Assembly: GCA_965644295.1 (NCBI GenBank)
Contig: CBFFRP010000419.1
Span: forward strand, 62,001 to 126,000
From: Paraphysomonas bandaiensis
Taxonomy: Eukaryota; Protista; Chrysophyceae
DNA length: 64,000 nt
Direction of reading: 5' to 3'
Part shown: positions 27,788 to 37,339 of the stretch, piece by piece
Layout: each line of letters starts with the position of its first letter
Position numbering within the stretch: position 1 is the first letter of the stretch
Program-made: the position numbers and the translations under genes
The notes under the pieces: model-generated
What the model was told of the DNA's origin: nothing
Seen by the model: only the letters and a program-made list of their open reading frames with translations
Database searches by the model: none

Positions 27788-29148
27788 CAGGGCTAGGAAA
27801 CAATATATTGCAATACTATTGTAAGTTAGCGTTCTATCAATACTATTGATGGAGATTTTAAGCAGGCTCTCAATATATTGCAATATATTAGTATGACTAA
27901 GCAGTAAGTAAACACACCCGTAGATTCAATTTTTAGTATTAGTAAGTAACAACTGCTTATAGCTAATAAAAATCCACCTCGTCCTCTGATCCATCATCGC
28001 TGACGTCAACATCACCATATTCATCCAAAATTATTTGAAATATGCTTGCATTCGGCCACAACTGTCGATTAGCTTTCAGAAACAACAGCATATTAAGTGT
28101 AGAAGGATGCATACTTTTGCGCAACACTGACATGATAAGTTTAGCTGCGCTGAACAGGCGTTCACATGTATTGGAAGTACATACTACATGATAACGATGA
28201 GTGCATACAAAAGTAGGGACATTTACCGCTGTTTTTGGAGTCCGGTTAAAGGTGAACCAAACATGCAAAGTCTGTGGGCGCGTACGAGTAAAATGTTTTT
28301 TGCTTTGTCCGAAGGTTGGAAAACAAAAGCATCCATGGGACCATTGGTGCAGACAACCCTTAAATACTTCTTCATTGAATCTTCCCACTCACCATGCGAC
28401 AATGTGTGGTTCTTCAAGTTGTTGTAGCCATTCGATATCTTCTGCACTCGTACGCGCCCACAGACTTTGCATACGTGCTTGTTTGGTTCACCTTCAACCG
28501 GACTCCAAAAACAGCGGTAAATGTCCCTACTTTTATATGCACTCATCGTTATCATGCCACTAGGCATTCTTATATCCTATAGTTGTCTCTTCTTGTCACT
28601 ATCGTATGGGCAGTCAGCATCTTATTTTTTCGAGAATATATTGAAGCAAAATTCTTCTATATTACTGCAATACAACTACGGCTAGAATACACATAATTAT
28701 TGTCTCAATTTTAGAGGCATCTTCGAACAAAAATACACAAAGGATGCCGATAGGATAGGATATAAGAGTGCTGTTTGAGCTGGCGATCCATAAAAAATAG
28801 AAAATAACATCAAAAATAGGCTTTTTTTCTTATTTTCCGGATATTTGTACACATGGACTTGTATTTTTTACCCTATATGACTATCATAATATTGATCGTA
28901 TCGGCAGACTGCATCATATATTTCGGATATAAATTGAAGCAAATATACTCTATATTACTGCAATACAACTACGGCTGAAATACAGATAATTGTTATCTCA
29001 AAATTAGAGGCATCTTTGAACAAAAATAAAATAAAGGATGCCGTTACGATTGCAATATATTGCAATATATTGTGAGCCACTTTAACAGAAACAATATTGA
29101 TGGGATTTTTGGCCGGTCGAACAATCAATATATTGTTTCCTAGCCCTG
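27788..29148 (-). mobile_element. Non-autonomous hAT DNA transposon (internal deletion derivative)
   Basis: 23-bp TIRs CAGGGCTAGGAAACAATATATTG at 27788-27810 and 29126-29148. 8-bp flanks GTTGAGAC and ATTGAGAC (7/8 TSD match). BED-finger remnant CKVC..NGYNNLKNHTLSH and hAT dimerisation remnant TSNTCERLFSAAK..RKSMHPSTLNMLLFLKAN. Confidence 0.88.
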
Positions 29149-29578
29149 ATTGAGACAATACTGTTGAATATATTGTTTCACAATGGTTGATAGTCTATAC
29201 TACTGTTGAATATATTGTTTCACAATGGTTGAATATTATTTAAGTTATTGGTGTAGAGTGTAGACTGTAGACTATACTGTATGCTGTATGATAGTGATAT
29301 AGTTACCTTTAAGTTTACTTTGCGTAGCCCTCAACAAAGTCGGACTTACACCTTTTCGTGGTGTTCTGGGGTGTAAGTTGTAAGTACCGGGGATTTTTCT
29401 CCGGGAACTAACGTGAGCCGCATATATAGTGAGCAGGTAACTTTATAGTCATAGCCTAATCCTTGTGTAGTACAACAGACACAAATATAAGTGTCACTTG
29501 TGTAGATGTCTTTAGATCCTGACGAAAAAACAGGCATCCGAGAATACCCACACGTAGGGTAACCAGGGTATAGAGCTG

Positions 29579-29583
29579 CTTGT
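29579..29583 (+). repeat. Left target-site duplication CTTGT (or 6-bp GCTTGT, 29578-29583)
   Basis: The same sequence follows the right TIR at 46418-46422 (46417-46422 if 6 bp). The ambiguity comes from the terminal G7 run. Confidence 0.88.
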
Positions 29584-30009
29584 CCCCCCCGAGCGCCAGA
29601 CAGCCATGGCTAAGTAATTTAGATTCCGTTTCTTCGAAACTACATCTTATTGGTGGAGTCATAAAATTCTAAATTATTAAATGGGCTATCACTTATTCTT
29701 ATATATTATATATCTTTTCTATCAATTATATATATTCTATTCATTCTAACATTCTAACATTTCTAAGATTTCTAGACAAATCCAATTCCCCAATTTTAAA
29801 ATATTGGGAAATTTGGGTCCAAAAAATAGTAGAATTGATGGAATAGCTACAAACTAAATCTCTGACATTAAAGTCCGCAGTAGCTACAAACGAGCTCGCC
29901 ACTATACTAACAACGCTATCTAATCTACACAACACGATAGCATCATCACTGTCGAAAATGTTTCATGGTTAGACATATGGATCGCAAACTTACAATACTT
30001 TTTATTAGT
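29584..30009 (+). repeat. Left TIR of the PLV (426 bp, begins CCCCCCCGAGCGCC)
   Basis: Reverse complement of 45992-46417. The outer ~345 bp look identical; 7 mismatches lie in the inner ~80 bp. Confidence 0.95.
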
Positions 30010-30043
30010 AAAACTATTTAAAGATATAATGATATTAATAAAT

Positions 30044-30460
30044 ATGAATAAAAATAAAAGAACGTGTAAATGGTGCTCTAAGAGTTTAGTGGCAATAGGT
30101 ACCAGTCGTGCTAACGGAAAAGCAAATCATTCTGATTGGAGTACTCGCAAGTATCATAAAGCATGTTATAAAGAAAAATATTATAAACGCCAGCTGATAA
30201 AGTATGAAATTAGACAGTGGGGGCAATTGATGGAATGCTGGTATTCTTATGATCAGGGAATTTTGACTGATCAAGATGCTCAGCATTTATTTTATTATTT
30301 AGATAAAGAGAGCAAAATCGATAAAAAAGGCTACATTGATGTATCTAATGATGATTATTTTAAGTATTATGATATTTTATACACTGCAGAAAGATTTTGT
30401 AGGACAGTTAAAACAGAGCAACTATCTAAATTTGAAGAGTTTGTATTGTCTTATTTTTAA
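30044..30460 (+). CDS. Viral hypothetical protein with a CxxC...HxxC zinc-binding motif
   Basis: MNKNKRTCKWC...DWSTRKYHKAC; preceded by the AAAACTATTTAAAGA motif. Confidence 0.7.
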   Translation: MNKNKRTCKWCSKSLVAIGTSRANGKANHSDWSTRKYHKACYKEKYYKRQLIKYEIRQWGQLMECWYSYDQGILTDQDAQHLFYYLDKESKIDKKGYIDVSNDDYFKYYDILYTAERFCRTVKTEQLSKFEEFVLSYF

Positions 30461-30486
30461 AATTGTTATATTTGCTAATAATATAT

Positions 30487-31518
30487 ATGAGTAAATATAG
30501 AAAAGTTTTACATGATTTAAATTTAATAGATGATGTAGATGATAACGATCTTGTGGGAAATTTATTAAGTAAACCTAAGCGAGATAAACCAATTAACACC
30601 CCTCACACTCATGTAAATGAAAAAGACTACATTCATCAAGCTGATACCTTGTATCTTCCTCATGATGGTAAATATAAATATGCCTTAGTTGTTGTAGACT
30701 TAGCAACCAACCACATGGATGCAGAACCATTAAAAGATAAAAGTTCATCAGAAGCAAAAGATGCTATTAAAAGAATATACAATCGCAAGTATTTAAATAA
30801 ACCCCATACAATAGAAGTCGATGACGGAACAGAATTTAAAGATCACTTTAAAAAGTATTTTGATAATATAAGAGTGAAAAGAGCTGGCAGGCATCGACAA
30901 CAAGCATCGGTTGAGGGTATGAATTCATTAATCAGCAAGTTACTGCAAAGAAGTATGTTGCTAGAATCAATGAAAAAGAAAAGAGAAATAACTGCTTGGG
31001 TTGAAGATTTACCTTTGGTAGTTAAAGCATTAAATGAACACTTTTCTAAGAAAGCTACTGAAATTGACGCAGATAAAAATCCACCTAAATGTAAAGGAGA
31101 TAGTTGTAAACTACTTGAGGTTGGTACAAAAGTAAGAATAATATTAGAAGTTCCACAAGAATATACATCAGGAAAAAGGTTAATTGGAAAGTTTAGAGAA
31201 GGAGACATTAGATGGGAAGATAAAATTAGAACTATTACCAGGTTGTATATTAGACCAGGACAACCACCAATGTATAAAGTTGATAATATTGATGTTGCAT
31301 ATACTAAAAATCAATTACAAGTTATAAAAGAAGATGAAAAGGTACCACAAGCAGAGGAAGATGGGTTGCAAGAAGTAGAAAAAATTATTGGAAGAAAAAA
31401 AATAAACAATAGAGTTCATTATAGAATTCTATGGTCTGATGGTGAAAAGAGTTATGAACCAAGAAGTGGATTAATTGATTATATCCCAGACTTAATAAAA
31501 CAATACGAAAAAAGCTAA
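30487..31518 (+). CDS. Retroviral-type (rve) DDE integrase with C-terminal chromodomain
   Basis: Catalytic triad in HQADTLYL, IEVDDGTEF and QASVEGMN; YALVVVDLAT strand; chromo-like EVEKIIGRKK..VHYRILWSDGEKSYEP. Confidence 0.92.
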   Translation: MSKYRKVLHDLNLIDDVDDNDLVGNLLSKPKRDKPINTPHTHVNEKDYIHQADTLYLPHDGKYKYALVVVDLATNHMDAEPLKDKSSSEAKDAIKRIYNRKYLNKPHTIEVDDGTEFKDHFKKYFDNIRVKRAGRHRQQASVEGMNSLISKLLQRSMLLESMKKKREITAWVEDLPLVVKALNEHFSKKATEIDADKNPPKCKGDSCKLLEVGTKVRIILEVPQEYTSGKRLIGKFREGDIRWEDKIRTITRLYIRPGQPPMYKVDNIDVAYTKNQLQVIKEDEKVPQAEEDGLQEVEKIIGRKKINNRVHYRILWSDGEKSYEPRSGLIDYIPDLIKQYEKS

Positions 31519-31519
31519 A

Positions 31520-33100
31520 TTATAATAATTGCAAAACTAAATCTTCATCATCAACATCATTGTTGTCATCATCATTATCTTCAAGTTTATACAATTGATG
31601 TTCAAGTTTATAAAATTCCTTCAGTTCTGACATGGCATTTTCTAATTCCTCTTTTGTATCATTTAGTTCTTCTTTAAGATCATTATAGTTTTGAAGCAAA
31701 CATGTGTATTCTTCCGCCCTTATATACTGGGCTTTGTCTTCTTTTATAAATACTTCGGCGTTATTGATTTTATTTTCAAATTCAAATAAATCCTCTTCGC
31801 TTATCCACTTATTATTTTCATATATATTTTTCAACTCTTCATGTTTCATATTGTATACATAATATTGACTACCGTGTTTATTAACTTTAATAGGTTTAAT
31901 ATTTAGTTTTGTTAAAAGTCTACCAAGTTTTTCTTTACTTGTATTGTCTTTAGTTTCATCTTTGTAATCAATAAAAAAATCTTTAGTTTTACAATTAAAG
32001 TCTTTTTGTTTTAAAATATATTCATCTTTAATATATTTGTAAAGTTTAGGCAATGCATCAATAATTTTCTGCTTTCTAGTATTAGATTCTGGCATTTTAT
32101 CTTCATTCCACTTGTCTAATGTTTTGAATCTGTCCACCATTTCATAATAAAATGCATTTTGAACATTTTTATTTGTTGTTGCAATATGAAGATTTTCAAA
32201 ATATTGTTTATTACCTTTATATGATTCATCAATATCAGTAGCTACATATCTTTCATTATTAGACTGTGTAAAGTGCAGTGCATCATTATTAGTTGTGATA
32301 ATTACATTAAATGTATTTGTTTGAGTATAGGGTGTTCGGTGCATTTCTCTGCAATCAAATGTTGGTTCTGTGATAAGACTTTTACATCTGTCAGCAATGC
32401 TTTTAAAGTTTCCATTGTCAACAGGCATCTCATCTAAATTAAGTAAAGCACAACCTTCAAATGGCTTTGTATAGGATATTACAGTTTCGGGTGAACTAGT
32501 TTTACAAATAGCGTTTCCTAAAATCTCCGCTAAAAAGTTGATGATGGTTCCTCTACCACATCTCTCTGAACACTGTGAATATATTGCTTTCCTCAACTTT
32601 CTTCCGCATAATGTGCAAGCAATAAAATTTAATATCCATTCATATAATTCTTCATTTTTAGAACACCATACATTAAACAAATGGTCATATATTAATTTTA
32701 AACCATTTTTGACTTCTGTCGTCACGTTTACTCTTTTCTTCGTATCTACATTAAACGGGCGAGCCATATTTATATAACGTTTTCCATTTTCTTCAAATAT
32801 TAAAGACTTTTGAAAATTGATTGTTATATTATACGTTTTAGCATACATTTCTGTTGATTTAATATAATCTTTTGCTGAAAATTTAACTACTTTAGTATTT
32901 GGATACATTAAAACAAGATCATTTGACAACAAAGATGATATATCATGATTGTTATAAAGTGTAAATTCTTTTCCATCATAATGAAACATGTCTTTTTTAT
33001 ATTTAAAAAAAAACTTTTGAATGTAAACTTTAGCCTCGTCAATACGATCACTGTCAATAAGGTTTTTAAGATTTTGAATATCCCAGTTAGTTTCTACCAT
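31520..33100 (-). CDS. Superfamily 3 (D5-like) helicase with an atypical Walker A
   Basis: YEWILNFIA helix, Walker A-like SQCSERCGRGT, Walker B LLNLDEM, KSLITEP, motif C NVIITTNN and arginine finger NERY. Confidence 0.82.
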   Translation of the reverse strand: MVETNWDIQNLKNLIDSDRIDEAKVYIQKFFFKYKKDMFHYDGKEFTLYNNHDISSLLSNDLVLMYPNTKVVKFSAKDYIKSTEMYAKTYNITINFQKSLIFEENGKRYINMARPFNVDTKKRVNVTTEVKNGLKLIYDHLFNVWCSKNEELYEWILNFIACTLCGRKLRKAIYSQCSERCGRGTIINFLAEILGNAICKTSSPETVISYTKPFEGCALLNLDEMPVDNGNFKSIADRCKSLITEPTFDCREMHRTPYTQTNTFNVIITTNNDALHFTQSNNERYVATDIDESYKGNKQYFENLHIATTNKNVQNAFYYEMVDRFKTLDKWNEDKMPESNTRKQKIIDALPKLYKYIKDEYILKQKDFNCKTKDFFIDYKDETKDNTSKEKLGRLLTKLNIKPIKVNKHGSQYYVYNMKHEELKNIYENNKWISEEDLFEFENKINNAEVFIKEDKAQYIRAEEYTCLLQNYNDLKEELNDTKEELENAMSELKEFYKLEHQLYKLEDNDDDNNDVDDEDLVLQLL

Positions 33101-33192
33101 ATATACAATGTATATATTATTATTTCTTTAAATAGTTTTTACTAATAATATATATTTAAAGATTTATTTTATATATACATTGTATATATGGT
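33096..33192. promoter_or_regulatory. Palindromic bidirectional promoter between the helicase and pPolB genes
   Basis: 22-bp perfect inverted repeat (33096-33117 and 33171-33192) including both ATGs, plus the inverted pair TCTTTAAATA (33125-33134) and TATTTAAAGA (33153-33162). Confidence 0.7.
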
Positions 33193-34978
33193 TAAACCCA
33201 AACAGCGAAAGACGAATTTTAGAATAGGTAAAATTAATGTTGTTGAACTTTTGTATCCAAGAAACAATAAGCACAGATATAAAAAGAATAAAATTAAAAA
33301 ATTAGTAGAGGCACAACAAAATAAGTATCAAGGGCATCCACTAAAATTTATGATATCAATTAACATACCTGGAAGAGGATGGCGATCAGGTAAACAGTTT
33401 AAGGTTTCAGAAGATGTTATTTTACTTGATGATTACGATGATGAATATGATGATACTAATCAATTCGCGGTATATGTGTGGAAAGATAACCAAGCATACG
33501 GGGGAAGCGATAAACATAATGATTGTTTTTATAAAGCTTTATATCGTGGCATGAATGGTAAGCTTCGATGGAAAGATGCATATCGTTTTAAGAGAGCATT
33601 TAAATTAGAAAGAAATTCTCTATTTCCCATCTCATTAATATCAGAAGTTGAAGATAAATGCAAAACAAATATTAATATTACAGGTGATCATTATTTTACG
33701 ACAGCAGGCAAGTACTCAACAACAATTAATATGAAGTTAGTTAATGAACATTATACATTAAATACAAGTCATAAAAACAAAGATATGTTAAAAGGAATTG
33801 TTTTTACACCAAAGAAAATAGTTGTTGCAAAATTAGATAACAAAAATAAATTATTTAACTGTTATGATGGAGAAAAAGAGTATGAAGTATCATGTGAAAC
33901 ATTTTATGATAGTAAGTATAAAAACTATTCATCTGAAATGGCTTATGTTACATATAAAACAAATGAAAGCTTGCAAGATTACTATTACAAATTTATTAAA
34001 AACATTGATGTAATAAAAAATGCTTCTGACGGTTTGATTGATTATAGAACATGCGCAGGTGATTCAAGAATAGCGGTATTAAGATTATTTTACAATAGAA
34101 CAATCGCAATCGATAACCCAGAACCTATAAATAAAATAGAAGAGTATTGGATACGAATGGCATTTTTAGGAGGCCTAATATATTCTGAAAATCTAGAATT
34201 AAACCAAGCAATTAGTTATGATATAAACAGTGCATACCCATATTTTATTAGCAAGAATTCTTTCCGCATACCAATAAAACAAGGAACATTTACAAGTTTC
34301 AAAGAATTGCCTAAAATATTAGGCTATGGCATATACCGAATTCAAATATATAAATCTGATGATAAACACACAAATAAGTTATTTCGATTTAATAAGAATA
34401 ATTACTATACACATTATGATATATATAATGCAATTAGTTTAGGATTAAGAATGGAATTAATACAAGATGGACAAGCAAACGCACTAATATATGGCGCTAA
34501 TGATTGTATCAATGCTTCCAAAATGTTTAAACCTTTAGTAGATTATCTTTACTCAATGAAATCGGACGGTGTGGTTTTAGCTAAAAATATGCTTAATACT
34601 CTATGGGGGGCACTATGTAAACGTAATCATCACTATAAAAAAGTCAGTGTAGATGGTGATGTTGTTGAATTGCCGGAAAATATTGACATAAGCAACATAT
34701 CACCAGAAAAAGATAATCATCTTGTAAGATATGAGATACATGGAAAATATTACGATTATCCTTATGCAAGACTCGGACCATTTCTAACTGCTGCAGTTAG
34801 AAAATATATGTCGGATACAATTCAACCACACAAACAACATGTGTATAGAATTCACACAGATGGCTTTATTATCAACAAACATATAGATTTGCCTCTGACA
34901 AAGAAATTAGGTGAATGGAAAATAGAACACAATGGAAAATGTAAAATACATAACGCTTGTGAAGTTGAATGGATTTAA
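33188..34978 (+). CDS. Compact protein-primed family B DNA polymerase with an OTU-like protease domain
   Basis: FLGG pre-A motif, motif A SYDINSAYP, motif B AKNMLNTLWG, motif C variant RIHTDGF, and LGEWKIE. N-terminal NDCFYKAL...KLVNEHY Cys/His pair. Confidence 0.85.
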   Translation: MVKPKQRKTNFRIGKINVVELLYPRNNKHRYKKNKIKKLVEAQQNKYQGHPLKFMISINIPGRGWRSGKQFKVSEDVILLDDYDDEYDDTNQFAVYVWKDNQAYGGSDKHNDCFYKALYRGMNGKLRWKDAYRFKRAFKLERNSLFPISLISEVEDKCKTNINITGDHYFTTAGKYSTTINMKLVNEHYTLNTSHKNKDMLKGIVFTPKKIVVAKLDNKNKLFNCYDGEKEYEVSCETFYDSKYKNYSSEMAYVTYKTNESLQDYYYKFIKNIDVIKNASDGLIDYRTCAGDSRIAVLRLFYNRTIAIDNPEPINKIEEYWIRMAFLGGLIYSENLELNQAISYDINSAYPYFISKNSFRIPIKQGTFTSFKELPKILGYGIYRIQIYKSDDKHTNKLFRFNKNNYYTHYDIYNAISLGLRMELIQDGQANALIYGANDCINASKMFKPLVDYLYSMKSDGVVLAKNMLNTLWGALCKRNHHYKKVSVDGDVVELPENIDISNISPEKDNHLVRYEIHGKYYDYPYARLGPFLTAAVRKYMSDTIQPHKQHVYRIHTDGFIINKHIDLPLTKKLGEWKIEHNGKCKIHNACEVEWI

Positions 34979-35024
34979 ATACATAAAACTATTTAAAGAA
35001 ACAATATATATTATATATTATCAA

Positions 35025-35348
35025 ATGACTAAAAATAGTAAAGAATATTCCAATGAGTATTATCAAAAAAATAAAGAAAAAAGATTATCTAAAGTATTTT
35101 GTGAATGTTGTCAAATATACTGTTCTAGAAACAATTTATCAACTCATAATAAAACTGCTAAACATATTAGAAACTCATTGCCAACACAATCTGAAATTTT
35201 AACAGAATTAGAAGCAATAAAACAAGAATTAGAAGACATTAAGAAATCTAAACAAGATTCATTGATGTATTGTTGGGGATGTCAAGAATCATTTACAGAA
35301 TCTCAAAAAACTAAACATAAATGTTCAAGTAAACATAGAAATCTTTAA
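35025..35348 (+). CDS. Small viral zinc-finger protein
   Basis: CECC..CSRNNLSTHNKTAKH (C2H2-like) and CWGC...HKC; preceded by AAAACTATTTAAAGA at 34985-34999. Confidence 0.72.
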   Translation: MTKNSKEYSNEYYQKNKEKRLSKVFCECCQIYCSRNNLSTHNKTAKHIRNSLPTQSEILTELEAIKQELEDIKKSKQDSLMYCWGCQESFTESQKTKHKCSSKHRNL

Positions 35349-35611
35349 GTAAAATTTATTATAAATGTATCATCATCGATAACTTTATATTTTTTCTGTT
35401 TTTTCCTTTTGGTATCCTTTTTTGTATGTACCCATTTCTTATATTCTTCATCCCCTTTAAGTGTTTTAATTTTTTTATAATAATAGTTTCTAGCATATTC
35501 ATTACATTTAGCTTTATTATTAAAATAGTAAATTCTATTTCGAATCAATAATGTGTCTCTGTTCTTTAAGTAATATTCATGATTATACTGTTTAAGTTTC
35601 TCTTTATTCAT
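35345..35611 (-). CDS. Small basic Lys/Tyr-rich viral protein
   Basis: MNKEKLKQYNHEYYLKNR..NEYARNYYYKK; convergent 4-nt overlap with the previous gene. Confidence 0.6.
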   Translation of the reverse strand: MNKEKLKQYNHEYYLKNRDTLLIRNRIYYFNNKAKCNEYARNYYYKKIKTLKGDEEYKKWVHTKKDTKRKKQKKYKVIDDDTFIINFT

Positions 35612-35690
35612 TATTATATTAATAATCAATAAAATTATAAAATGGCAAGTATCATAGGTAATAGTAATATTTTAAAAGCTTTTGTTATAG

Positions 35691-36194
35691 CTATATCAAC
35701 GGCTCGCTCTGCTGCTGACCGCAAAAAAAACGTGCTACTCTCTTCCAATTACGCCTAATAAAATTCATTTTTTTAATTCGTGGTAGTAATATTTCAACCA
35801 TTTTGACAATTAATTCTATGTCATTATTGAAATATTTTTTAACCGCTTCAACTACAACCGCTAGTTTTCTATCACCAGATTTCGGTTTTGTGATAAAATT
35901 TTCAACTGCTTGACAAGTAAATAATAGAATTTGTTCATTGTATTTATTTGAATCAGGATCAAAGAGATCTAAAACAGATTGAATTTTAGTGACTAATTCG
36001 TACTGTTGATTTTCAAGTTTAATTTCTTTAATTTTGTCAGAAAGTCCATTTAACTCAACATTAAATAGTTTTTTGTCTGGAATCGATCGATGTCTGAAAC
36101 TACATTCACGTTTAACTTCAGCTTCTATCTCTTTAGTTTCTTCAACTCCAAGAGGTCTGTTGTTGTCGTTGTCTTTAATAACTACTTTTCTCAT
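35691..36194 (-). CDS. Viral hypothetical protein, 167 aa, helical
   Basis: Intact ORF with a TATATAA-ATG start context like its neighbours. Confidence 0.7.
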   Translation of the reverse strand: MRKVVIKDNDNNRPLGVEETKEIEAEVKRECSFRHRSIPDKKLFNVELNGLSDKIKEIKLENQQYELVTKIQSVLDLFDPDSNKYNEQILLFTCQAVENFITKPKSGDRKLAVVVEAVKKYFNNDIELIVKMVEILLPRIKKMNFIRRNWKRVARFFCGQQQSEPLI

Positions 36195-36233
36195 TTATAT
36201 AATTGTGACACAAAATATTTAAACATTTTATAT

Positions 36234-37310
36234 TTAAGCGAAACCATCATCTGAGTTATTACTGCTCCAATCACCCCAACCAAATTCAACTTTTCTAGGA
36301 GTAAAATATTCTGCTGGAACCGGTGTGCTTGGTGGCTTGATTTTATGAGTTCGGACATGATGCTTTGTTCTTAGTTTATGCATGTTCTCATCCTCTATTT
36401 CATCTTTTTGTTTTATATTCATTTCTGTTTTTCTAATGTCATTCATTTGCTTAGTTTGTGGGTCATTATTGACATACAAGCCTTCTAATCCTTGCCTCAT
36501 ATGTCTTTTTTCAAAGTGATTTTTGGCTCTAATTGCTTTATCGGCATCATAGTCCTCTGCCTCCATACCTTCTCTGTTCAATCTTTCGCTTTTCTTGTCT
36601 TTACTACGTTGAACTAATTGTTTTGTTGCTTCTTTCTGTTTTTGAGTTCTGCCTTTTGGTTTAGCTAATTTAGTTTTTGGCTCTAAAGGCAAATCCTCAA
36701 CATCATCCTCAAATTCATCATCGTCTAATTCTTCCACCTGATCATTTGATTTAAATTCTAATGGCTGTGTATACGTCAAATCATTACTTGTTTGTATTGG
36801 TGGCGCGGGGTTGATGGTATTATCTGCCCTGCTGGATACATCAATGGCTCTTCTACGTTGCGCAGTTTTTTGTTTTTGAGATGTTGGTCCCATTATTAAA
36901 TTTCCAGCTGGAGATTTAGAGACTTTAATATTTCCAGATGCGTACCCGTCATTAGCTAATTTTGCAAATTTGAAAGTCTCTTTTAACTCTTCTGGTACAT
37001 TTTCAAGTCTCAACACTCCTTCATTGGCGGGGTTCTTGGGATTATTTCTAGCTTCATTTAATTGTCCTCGCAATATATCAATCTCTCTTCTGTCAATAGT
37101 TGAGCTATGTACAGCACCCACGCCTGCAGTAGCTGGTCCACCACCGCCACCACCAAATTGCTTATTTACACCTGTACCAAAATTAGTTTTCTTTTTCCCT
37201 TTAGCTTTGCGCTTTTTCTTTGTTCTTTTTCTTTTTAAAATCAAATCTGGTGCAATACCATAAAGTTTATGTAAGTCGTCAAGAGATAAATAGATTTTCT
37301 TCTCCTTCAT
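36234..37310 (-). CDS. Viral hypothetical protein, 358 aa, basic and disordered; ends NSDDGFA
   Basis: Intact ORF with a Lys-rich N-terminal stretch, a poly-Gly linker and an acidic patch. Confidence 0.75.
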   Translation of the reverse strand: MKEKKIYLSLDDLHKLYGIAPDLILKRKRTKKKRKAKGKKKTNFGTGVNKQFGGGGGGPATAGVGAVHSSTIDRREIDILRGQLNEARNNPKNPANEGVLRLENVPEELKETFKFAKLANDGYASGNIKVSKSPAGNLIMGPTSQKQKTAQRRRAIDVSSRADNTINPAPPIQTSNDLTYTQPLEFKSNDQVEELDDDEFEDDVEDLPLEPKTKLAKPKGRTQKQKEATKQLVQRSKDKKSERLNREGMEAEDYDADKAIRAKNHFEKRHMRQGLEGLYVNNDPQTKQMNDIRKTEMNIKQKDEIEDENMHKLRTKHHVRTHKIKPPSTPVPAEYFTPRKVEFGWGDWSSNNSDDGFA

Positions 37311-37339
37311 TAGTATTTATATAATAGTGAAAGATAATA

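Noticed and set aside
29741-29935. ORF duplicated at 46045-46260
   Set aside because: It results from the TIR; non-ATG start and no coding signature.
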